Assembly: GCA_040081625.1 (NCBI GenBank)
Contig: JBEBGD010000125.1
Location: forward strand, 1-15,086
Length of the DNA stretch: 15,086 nucleotides
Source: Chthoniobacteraceae bacterium
GTDB lineage: Bacteria; Verrucomicrobiota; Verrucomicrobiia; Chthoniobacterales; Chthoniobacteraceae
Direction of reading: 5' to 3'
The notes below the pieces were generated by a model. The model was given only the letters and a program-made list of their open reading frames with translations, did no database searches and was not told the origin of the DNA. A program made the translations under genes and the position numbers. Positions 7,566 through 14,535 of this stretch are shown here, piece by piece (position 1 is the stretch's first letter; every line of letters starts with the position of its first letter).

Positions 7566-8855
7566 CTACAGCTCCGCCTCGAGGAGGTCGAGATACGCGG
7601 CGATCACCGCGCCGGCCGTGGTGTGCTTCGACTCCGCCTCCGCTTCGCGCACGGCGCGGAAATAGTCGTCGAACGCGCCGCTGCGGCCGCCCATCTGCGT
7701 CGCCTCGAACCAATTGAGGTAGTCGGCGATGTCGCCTTTGCGCTCGAGCACCGTGGTCCGATAGACCTCCGCGCGGTGGATGCGCTCGGCGATGCCGCGG
7801 GTGCGGCCCTTGGCGAGCAGCGCGAAGACCTGCTCGTAGTCGGCGAGCACCGGCCGCAGCAGCGTGTTGGCCTTGGTGCTCAAGCCCACGATCGCCTTCT
7901 GCTGCGCGTCCACCGCCGCCTTTGCGCCGCGCAGGCGCATGAATTCCTTGAACTGCCCGACGGCGAAGCGCTCCTTGCGCCCGACCTTGTCCACGACCAC
8001 GTCGAACTCGAGCAGCGCCTGCAATTCGCGGTCGGTGTCGGCCGCCGTCAGGCCGCGGTAGCGATCGCTCGCCGCGAAGCGCGCGAGATTGAGCGTCCAC
8101 CATTTCTCCAGGCTCGTCGCGTCATGGCCGAGTGCGGGGAAGGCGCGACCGAGCGCGCGAATACTGTCGCCCTGCGCGTCGGGCCACGCACGCAGGAGCT
8201 TCACGAGCCCCGGCCTGCCTCCGGGTTGATCGAGCAGGAGCTGGAGCAGCGCGACGGCGCACGCATTGTCGAATGCGCCGGCAGTCCTGCCGAGTTCCTC
8301 GCCGCGGCCCGCGATGAAATCGGTCACCGCCGGCAGCTTGCTCATCTGGATGAGCCTCTGGAAGACGTCCGCGTCCACGCCGAGATCGCGCTGGCGGAAT
8401 TTCTCGATCGCCCCCGCGACGATCCACCACGGCGCCTCCGCGTAAGGCTCGCCGCTCTTCGGCGGATGATCGCGATGGATGAAGTCGATGAGCACCGCGC
8501 GGATGAGGTGCTTTTGCAAATGCACCGCCGCCGGGTCGTCGCCGATGCTCACTCCGAGCTGGATCGTCGGCCCATCGGGCGTCTGCGCCAGGCGCAGGCT
8601 CACCGGGGACGACCCGCCCGCATTGGCCGCCTCTAGCGTCACGACGATCGGGATCCTCCAGCGATCGCGCTCGCCGAGCAGATCGAGCACGTCGCGCTTC
8701 ACCTCCTCGGCAAAGCCAGACACCCGCGCCCGCAGCGCCGTGTCGGAGCAATACACGGTGAACTGTTTCGAGGCGCTCGTCGATTTTGCGCGCAGGTCCA
8801 CGCCGTGCGCCGCCGTCGCGAACAGGCCGGCCGCGAGCAGCAGCGCCGGCTTCAC
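7566..8855 (-). CDS. Exported hypothetical protein (429 aa) with signal peptide and a degenerate gluzincin/peptidase-MA-like domain
   Basis: GTG at 8855 overlaps the upstream gene's stop (GTGA) and begins a signal peptide (MKPALLLAAGLFATAAHG). It has a PWWIVAGAIE motif but no HExxH. The listed 9545 start is a shadow extension over the upstream gene. Confidence 0.75.
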   Translation of the reverse strand: MKPALLLAAGLFATAAHGVDLRAKSTSASKQFTVYCSDTALRARVSGFAEEVKRDVLDLLGERDRWRIPIVVTLEAANAGGSSPVSLRLAQTPDGPTIQLGVSIGDDPAAVHLQKHLIRAVLIDFIHRDHPPKSGEPYAEAPWWIVAGAIEKFRQRDLGVDADVFQRLIQMSKLPAVTDFIAGRGEELGRTAGAFDNACAVALLQLLLDQPGGRPGLVKLLRAWPDAQGDSIRALGRAFPALGHDATSLEKWWTLNLARFAASDRYRGLTAADTDRELQALLEFDVVVDKVGRKERFAVGQFKEFMRLRGAKAAVDAQQKAIVGLSTKANTLLRPVLADYEQVFALLAKGRTRGIAERIHRAEVYRTTVLERKGDIADYLNWFEATQMGGRSGAFDDYFRAVREAEAESKHTTAGAVIAAYLDLLEAEL

Positions 8856-9616
8856 CGCTGCGGCGCCGCGGGCTTGAGCGTGATGACCACGCGATCCTTC
8901 CTGATCGTGATCGCCTGCGTGCGTTCGATGAATTCGCGCTCGCGCTTGAGCTTGCCCCACACCGTCTGCATGAAGCTGTCCATCTTCGGGATCGCCGGGT
9001 GAATGCCGAGCCGGCCGAAGTGCTGGCCGACCTTCGTCGCCGTGAGTTTTCCGTCCACGACCGCGGCGCGGTAATCGACCGTCGTGAAGAGCGAGTAGCC
9101 GTAGAGCGCCTGCTGGATGCCGAGCGTCACGCGGTTGTCGTCGAGCTGCACGTAGGCGCGCTGGAAATCCAGCCCCGGGATCACCGGCGTGCCGCGCAGC
9201 CGCGAGCCGGCGTGCTGGCTGAGGTCCGCCTCGGAGAATTCCGAGACCGTCGCCGTGGGCGACGCCAGCTTGTCCTCGATGACGCCGGAGATGATGTTCG
9301 CCCTTCCCATTTCCTCCGAGCGCGGAAGCGGCGGACGCGACGGCGGCGAGAGCAGCAGGTAAAACGTGGCGACCAGCGCCGCCCACGTCAGGGAATTCAA
9401 CCCGGCCTTGATCTCCGCAGTGACGCGGCCGGGCTGGGTCATCTTTCGGATGCGTTTGCGCGCGGCCGCCAGCGTCTCCTCCTGCGCGGCCTCGGTCTCC
9501 TTCGGCAGCAGCGAACGGTCGAGCTTCGTGCCGCAATTGTGGCAATAGACGCGCTCGGGCTCGTTATCGTAACCGCACTGGGTGCAGGCGAGTGTCTGGG
9601 CGGGTGGCTTGGACAT
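8852..9616 (-). CDS. Membrane protein with N-terminal C4 zinc ribbon
   Basis: CTQC-x10-CHNCG at the N-terminus, a basic helix, one TM segment (LTWAALVATFYLLL) and a C-terminal alpha/beta domain of unknown function. Confidence 0.75.
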   Translation of the reverse strand: MSKPPAQTLACTQCGYDNEPERVYCHNCGTKLDRSLLPKETEAAQEETLAAARKRIRKMTQPGRVTAEIKAGLNSLTWAALVATFYLLLSPPSRPPLPRSEEMGRANIISGVIEDKLASPTATVSEFSEADLSQHAGSRLRGTPVIPGLDFQRAYVQLDDNRVTLGIQQALYGYSLFTTVDYRAAVVDGKLTATKVGQHFGRLGIHPAIPKMDSFMQTVWGKLKREREFIERTQAITIRKDRVVITLKPAAPQR

Positions 9617-9650
9617 GGCGGTGGATGCTCAGCGCGTTTTGGGCCGCGCG

Positions 9651-9998
9651 CTAGTCGGCTTTGGGCGGCTTGGGCTTCGGGCTGGCCGCCGGCTTTGGCT
9701 CGGATTTCGCCTCCGCTTTCTTCGCGCCGGTTTCGGCCGGCTTCGCGCTCTCGCCGCTGCCGGAGTCCGTCTTCGCCGAGGCCTTGTAGCCCTCGCTGCG
9801 GTAGTCGGTGATGTAAAAACCCGACCCCTTGAAGATGAGCCCCGCGCCCGTGCCGAGCTGGCGTTTCACCTTGCCCTTGCCCCAGGTTTTCTGGCGGCAG
9901 AGATCCTTCGGGCAGGTCGTGATCGCCGCGTCTTTCATCGACTGGTAAAGCTCAAAGCTCTTTTTGCACTTCGAGCATTCGTATTCGTAGGTGGGCAT
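9651..9998 (-). CDS. FmdB-family zinc-ribbon regulatory protein (115 aa)
   Basis: The canonical start MPTYEYECSKC is at ATG 9998. Also FELYQSM, CPKDLC and GLIFKGSGFYITDY, followed by an A/K/P/S-rich tail. Confidence 0.9.
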   Translation of the reverse strand: MPTYEYECSKCKKSFELYQSMKDAAITTCPKDLCRQKTWGKGKVKRQLGTGAGLIFKGSGFYITDYRSEGYKASAKTDSGSGESAKPAETGAKKAEAKSEPKPAASPKPKPPKAD

Positions 9999-10009
9999 GA
10001 TTCGCGGGA

Positions 10010-10041
10010 AAGGCGCGCAGCTATAGCAGCGGGCGCGCCTT
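10010..10041. repeat. 9-bp inverted repeat enclosing an extended -10-like element of the minus-strand gene run
   Basis: AAGGCGCGC (10010-10018) and GCGCGCCTT (10033-10041) flank a 14-nt spacer. The spacer contains the palindrome GCTATAGC, read as TG-C-TATAGC on the minus strand. Confidence 0.5.
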
Positions 10042-10077
10042 CGGAAAATCGGAATTCGCACCATGGCGGGCGCGGTG

Positions 10078-10107
10078 TTGACACGACCCGCCCCCGTTTC
10101 GACTACT
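10078..10107 (+). promoter_or_regulatory. Probable sigma70 promoter of mtnA (leaderless-like geometry)
   Basis: Perfect TTGACA at 10078-10083; weak -10 region GACTACT (10101-10107) ending 7 nt before the ATG at 10115. Confidence 0.45.
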
Positions 10108-10114
10108 GCCCGCG

Positions 10115-11191
10115 ATGAAAGTCCAGGGCCGGCACTATCGAACCATCTGGCTCACAGCCGGCGACGAGCGCGTCGTGCAGCTCATCGACCAGCGCGCGCT
10201 GCCGCACCAGTTCGTCGTCGAGGAAGTGCGCACCGTCGCCGAAGCCGCGCGCGCCATAGCCGAGATGCGCGTGCGCGGCGCGGGGCTCATCGGGGCGACG
10301 GCGGCTTACGGCATGTATCTCGCCGCGCTCGAATCGACCGACGCCGCCTGGCTGCGCCGCGCCGGCGACACACTCAAGGCCACACGCCCGACAGCCGTGA
10401 ATCTCGCGTGGGCCGTCGATCGTCAGCTCGCCGCGATCACTTCCGCCGAAGACAAAGTAGCCGCCGCCCGCACCACCGCCGCGCAGATCGCGGATGAAGA
10501 CGCCGACTTCTGCCGCCGCATCGGCGGGCACGGCCTGCCGCTCATCGCCGCGATCAGCGCGCGCAAAGGCGGCGCGCCCGTGAACATCCTCACGCACTGC
10601 AACGCCGGCTGGCTCGCCTTCGTCGATCACGGCTCCGCCACTGCGCCCATCTACGCCGCGCACGACGCGGGCATCGCCGTCCATGTCTGGGTCGATGAAA
10701 CGCGCCCGCGCAGCCAGGGCGCGAAGCTCACCGCGTGGGAACTCGCGCAGCACGGTGTCCCGCACACGCTCATCGTGGACAACGCCGGCGGCCACCTCAT
10801 GCAGCGCGGCGAAGTCGATCTCGTCCTCGTCGGCACCGACCGCACCACGCGGACCGGCGACGTGGCGAACAAGATCGGCACCTACTTGAAAGCCCTCGCC
10901 GCCCGCGACAACGCCGTCCCCTTCTACGTCGCGCTCCCCTCGTCGTCGTTTGATTGGACGATGCGCGACGGCCTGCGCGAAATCCCCATCGAAGACCGCG
11001 GCCCCGACGAGGTGAAGCGGATCGACGGCATGCTGATCGCGCCCGCCGAAAGCCCCGCCGCAAATCCCGGCTTCGACGTCACACCCGCGCGGCTCGTCAC
11101 CGCGCTCATCACCGAGCGCGGCGTGTGCGCCGCGGATGAAGCCGCGATCACCGCGCTCTTTCCGGAGCGAACTGCGGGTGCCCGCGGATGA
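10115..11191 (+). CDS. mtnA: S-methyl-5-thioribose-1-phosphate isomerase (eIF2B-like family)
   Basis: Motifs IDQRALP, MRVRGAGLIG, TRPTAVNL, LTHCNAG, DETRP..QG..LTAWE, VGTDR, DVANKIGTY, IPIEDR and NPGFDVTP. Confidence 0.94.
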   Translation: MKVQGRHYRTIWLTAGDERVVQLIDQRALPHQFVVEEVRTVAEAARAIAEMRVRGAGLIGATAAYGMYLAALESTDAAWLRRAGDTLKATRPTAVNLAWAVDRQLAAITSAEDKVAAARTTAAQIADEDADFCRRIGGHGLPLIAAISARKGGAPVNILTHCNAGWLAFVDHGSATAPIYAAHDAGIAVHVWVDETRPRSQGAKLTAWELAQHGVPHTLIVDNAGGHLMQRGEVDLVLVGTDRTTRTGDVANKIGTYLKALAARDNAVPFYVALPSSSFDWTMRDGLREIPIEDRGPDEVKRIDGMLIAPAESPAANPGFDVTPARLVTALITERGVCAADEAAITALFPERTAGARG

Positions 11192-12014
11192 GTTGCTCGA
11201 AGGTGGCGTTGTCGTCGGGCAAATGGTCGGCCGGGAACTTCGCCTGCGAGCGCTCCCACTTCGCGAGCCACTCCCCGCCGAGCAGCGTGTGCTCCGGCGT
11301 CACCGCGGACGGCGTGAGCGCGATCGTGGTTTCAGGCTTTGCGCCGGCGGCGCGGCCGCGGGCGAGCCAAAACCCGGCGGCCAGCATGGCCGCGCGCGAA
11401 CTGGTCGCGAGCGTGTAGGTGCAGAGCGCCGTGCTGCCGTCTCCGCAGCGCGCGAAGAGCTGGCGAAAGGTCGCGCACATCCACGCACCGCCGCACGTCT
11501 TCGGCGAAAACATGTCGTAGAAAATCACCTCCGGCGGCCCCGGCGCGTGCGCCATCGTCTCCACGAAATCGCCCGGCACGAGTTCCCAGCTCAGTTGCCC
11601 CGACTGCCAGCGTCCGCTTCCCAAAATCGCCGCCGGCCCGGCATGGCACAGGTAGGGAAACTTCGCCTCGTGCGAGAATGCGAGCCGCAGCGAGTCGATG
11701 TCGTTTTCGAAGCTCACGATCCGCATCGGGCGCGTCGCTCCGCATTCCTCGTAGCAGTGGATCGCCGCCATCGCATTCGCCGCCGCGCCGAGCCCCACGT
11801 CCCACAGCACCAGCGGCGCGCCGGGCGAGCGCAGCCGCGACGCGAGCTCCGCCTGCTCCACATATACGCTCCGCGCTTCCTCCATCGGCTCCGTGCGCGC
11901 GTGCATGATCTCGCCACTCGCCCGATGCACGATGCTCGCAAACCCTTCCCACGCCGTATGGATGAAGTATTCGCCGAGCACGAGCGGATCGGGCGGAGTG
12001 GCGGGTGAAGTCAT
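11148..12014 (-). CDS. Stand-alone SAM-dependent methyltransferase of the MnmC N-terminal (MnmD-like) family, about 288 aa
   Basis: IMH...EEARSVYV, WDVGLGAAAN (SAM motif I), SFEND, IFYDMFSPK...W and TYT...RAAMLAAGF match the MnmC methyltransferase domain. The start is ATG 12014, alternatively 12029; the listed 13061 start is shadow over two + strand genes. Confidence 0.78.
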   Translation of the reverse strand: MTSPATPPDPLVLGEYFIHTAWEGFASIVHRASGEIMHARTEPMEEARSVYVEQAELASRLRSPGAPLVLWDVGLGAAANAMAAIHCYEECGATRPMRIVSFENDIDSLRLAFSHEAKFPYLCHAGPAAILGSGRWQSGQLSWELVPGDFVETMAHAPGPPEVIFYDMFSPKTCGGAWMCATFRQLFARCGDGSTALCTYTLATSSRAAMLAAGFWLARGRAAGAKPETTIALTPSAVTPEHTLLGGEWLAKWERSQAKFPADHLPDDNATFEQLIRGHPQFAPERAR

Positions 12015-12074
12015 GCGCGCTAATGCCATCGCCAGCTTCACTCCGCCAGCGGTGCTGCTCGCCGCTCTCGAGTC

Positions 12075-12103
12075 TTGATTTCGCTCGCACCGGCCGGCAA
12101 CGT
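12075..12103 (+). promoter_or_regulatory. Possible promoter giving a leaderless transcript of the exported protein gene
   Basis: TTGATT-N17-CAACGT, then exactly 7 nt to the ATG at 12111. Confidence 0.4.
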
Positions 12104-12110
12104 CGCGCCC

Positions 12111-12605
12111 ATGAAACTCATCCTCGCCGCACTCGCCCTCACCGCCACTCTCGCCTCCGCCGCACCGATCACCGACGCCGCCGCCTTTGCAAAACTCAAG
12201 ACGCTCAAGGGCACGTGGGATGGCCCCGAGATGCCCGGCATGGGCAAGCTGCGCACCACCTACCGCACCATCGCCGCCGGCAGCGCAGTGATCGAGACCT
12301 GCTTCGCCGGCACGAAGAACGAGATGGTCTCGCTCTACACGCTCAACAGCCGCGGGCGCCTCGTGATGACCCACTACTGCACGCTCGGCAATCAGCCGCA
12401 CTGCACGCTCGACACCAAGCGCAGCACCGACACCACGCTCGTCTTCAAGTTCGACGGCGGCGAAAACATCAAGACCACCGCGATGCACATGCGCGGGATG
12501 ACGCTCGAATTCGCCGGCGCGAACAAGATCGTCTGCGGCTGCGAGTCGTTTAAGGACGGCAAATCCGCCGGCGCTCATTCCTCGACCCTGCGCCGCGTGA
12601 AGTAG
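12111..12605 (+). CDS. Exported hypothetical protein (164 aa), likely beta-barrel with a THYC..GNQP motif
   Basis: Signal peptide MKLILAALALTATLASA from ATG 12111; 'LKTLKGTW' followed by alternating beta-strand pattern; GC-rich codon usage. Confidence 0.8.
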   Translation: MKLILAALALTATLASAAPITDAAAFAKLKTLKGTWDGPEMPGMGKLRTTYRTIAAGSAVIETCFAGTKNEMVSLYTLNSRGRLVMTHYCTLGNQPHCTLDTKRSTDTTLVFKFDGGENIKTTAMHMRGMTLEFAGANKIVCGCESFKDGKSAGAHSSTLRRVK

Positions 12606-12614
12606 GCGGGCGTC

Positions 12615-13226
12615 GTGGACGTCTCCCGCGCCAAAACGCAGGACCCCGAGGAATGGCTCGAGTTCGCGCCCGCGTTCTCGCGCCCGCTCGCCGTGGACTT
12701 GCGCGAGTGGATCGCGCGCTGGGAGCCGGACCTCGTCGAGTCGATCAAGTGGAACGTCCTCACCTTCACCGGGCGCAAGCTCGTCTGCGGCCTGAGCCCG
12801 TGCAAAAAGCACCTCGCCATCCCCTTCTTCCGCGGCACCGAGCTGCACGATCCCGCCGGCCTTTTCACCGGCGGCGAAAGCAATACCAACCTCCGCAGCA
12901 TCCGCATCACGACGCTCGACGGGTTCAATCGCGACGCCTTCCGCTCGCTCCTCCACAGCGCCGTCGCGCTCGACGCCGACCCGATGATCCCACCCACGCC
13001 GAAGATCAAACGCGACCCGTGGCCGGTCCCCGATTTCTTCGCCGCCGCGCTCAAGCGTCACTGCGCCGCCGCCGCCGGCTTCGCAAAACTCTCCCCGAGC
13101 TGCCAGCGCGAATACCTCGTCTGGCTCAGCACCGCCAAACGCCCCGAGACCCGCGACCGCCGCCTCGCCGAGACCCTCGCCGCGCTGGCGAGCGGCCGAA
13201 AATGGGCGCAGCGGAAGCCGGAGTAA
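12615..13226 (+). CDS. YdeI/OmpD-associated family protein (N-terminal DUF1801 + C-terminal OmdA bacteriocin-protection domain)
   Basis: ESIKWN...FFRGTELHDPAGLF (DUF1801-like) and VPDFFAAAL...FAKLSPSCQREYLVWLSTAKRPETRDRR (OmdA-like). GTG start 9 nt after the preceding stop. Confidence 0.87.
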   Translation: MDVSRAKTQDPEEWLEFAPAFSRPLAVDLREWIARWEPDLVESIKWNVLTFTGRKLVCGLSPCKKHLAIPFFRGTELHDPAGLFTGGESNTNLRSIRITTLDGFNRDAFRSLLHSAVALDADPMIPPTPKIKRDPWPVPDFFAAALKRHCAAAAGFAKLSPSCQREYLVWLSTAKRPETRDRRLAETLAALASGRKWAQRKPE

Positions 13227-13251
13227 TCCGACCGCTCACACGCGCCGCCGC

Positions 13252-13860
13252 TCAGATCTGGTAAGTCACCGTCCCCTTCTCATCGATCGCCAGCTTCCCC
13301 GCCTGCTCGAGCGCCGCGATCACCTGGCTCACTTCCCCATCCGTGAGCTGCCTGCCAAAGAGCGCCACCAGACTCGAGGCCAGCGTCTTTCGCTTTCGCG
13401 GACGCCCCTTCGCGATCTTCGTGAGATGCCCGATCACCCGCTCCACGCGCGCATCCGCCGGCACCGGCGCACCTTCCGCTTTCCGGCGCCCGCCCAGCAC
13501 CGGCACCTTCTCCGAGCGTTCCGCCTTCACGTTGCGACTGTTGAGATGCGCGATCAGCGGATCGAATCCCTTATCCCGCGAAATGATATGAATCGAAGCC
13601 CGCGCATCCTCCGAGCTGATGCGCCCCGCGTAGAAGGCGATGTGGAAATCGAGCGCGTTCTTCCCGTGACCCGAGATCGTGATCAGCTCGATCTGCCCCG
13701 CGTGCATGAGCAGCCGCTTCACATCCTCCACCGGCATCCGCGTCGTCTGCTCGCCGAGGAAAACGAGCACCTTCACCGGCAGCCCCGCGATCTCGCCCGG
13801 ATCGAGCGAGTGGATGTTTTCGTGATCGATGAGGATGTAGTTCGTCCGCGGCGTCTCCAT
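13252..13860 (-). CDS. PIN/NYN-like domain protein (PIN_7-like) with C-terminal winged-helix-like domain, 202 aa
   Basis: Acidic motifs ILIDHENI, GKNALDFHIAFYAG and IISRDKGFDPLI, plus C-terminal RPRKRKTL...LEQAGKL. ATG at 13860. Confidence 0.85.
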   Translation of the reverse strand: METPRTNYILIDHENIHSLDPGEIAGLPVKVLVFLGEQTTRMPVEDVKRLLMHAGQIELITISGHGKNALDFHIAFYAGRISSEDARASIHIISRDKGFDPLIAHLNSRNVKAERSEKVPVLGGRRKAEGAPVPADARVERVIGHLTKIAKGRPRKRKTLASSLVALFGRQLTDGEVSQVIAALEQAGKLAIDEKGTVTYQI

Positions 13861-13896
13861 TCTCAATCAGTGGCACACCGTCGTGCGATGCGCCTG

Positions 13897-14412
13897 CTAT
13901 TCCGCCCCGCCGCCCTCCTCGCGCCGCCGCTGCTCCTCTTCGATCTCTCGCCGCTTCTCGATCGGCATCCGGTCGAGCATCTCCTCGCGGATGCCATCCT
14001 GATACGGCATCAGCATCTCCTCGATCCCCTCGCGCTGCTCGGGCGTCATCTCGAACTTCTTCTCCTCCGCGCGCTGAGCGACCATGTCGGTGAAGCGCAC
14101 GATCGACTCCTCCAGCGGGCCCATCACCCGCGCATACTCCGCGTTGCAGTAGAGCATGAAATCCTCGTTCAACTGCGCGAGCAGCTCATCGTCCGCCGGA
14201 TCGTTTTTCTTCAGCAGTCGCTCCATCTCATCGAGCCGCCGATCCTGCTCATCGCAGTCGAAGGTGATCCCCGTCGAGGGCGGCGTCAGTTGCCTGCCTT
14301 TCTGGATCGCCTTGCGCATTTGGGCACAGGACTGGCGGAGAGCGCCGCGGTTCACGCGGCGTGGCGGCTGCGAGTCGCCGGGGTAAATCGGACCATCGAG
14401 CGGACGTTTCAT
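13897..14412 (-). CDS. Hypothetical acidic alpha-helical protein (about 171 aa)
   Basis: Open frame with GC-rich third positions and E/D/R/M-rich composition from ATG 14412 (MKRPLDGPIYPG). The listed 14571 start overlaps the divergent gene and promoter region. Confidence 0.62.
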   Translation of the reverse strand: MKRPLDGPIYPGDSQPPRRVNRGALRQSCAQMRKAIQKGRQLTPPSTGITFDCDEQDRRLDEMERLLKKNDPADDELLAQLNEDFMLYCNAEYARVMGPLEESIVRFTDMVAQRAEEKKFEMTPEQREGIEEMLMPYQDGIREEMLDRMPIEKRREIEEEQRRREEGGGAE

Positions 14413-14535
14413 GTTCCCGCTTTTGTAGCCGCCGGGTTTCGTTCCCGTCAACGCCCGACCGGCACCGCCGTCGCCGCTTCTCCCCGAAAAAAGTTCTTGT
14501 CTCCCGCGCCGCGATTTCATACGCGCGCAGGAGTC

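Noticed and set aside
8856..9545. N-terminal extension of the listed 659-aa ORF
   Set aside because: Out-of-frame overlap with the 8852-9616 gene; a signal peptide and GTGA coupling mark 8855 as the start.
9999..10064. Longer FmdB start at 10064
   Set aside because: The family begins at MPTYEY (9998), and the extension covers the likely promoter region.
12030..13061. N-terminal 340+ aa of the listed 637-aa ORF, suggesting a large fusion methyltransferase
   Set aside because: It lies antisense to two well-supported + strand genes; homology starts only near 12014.
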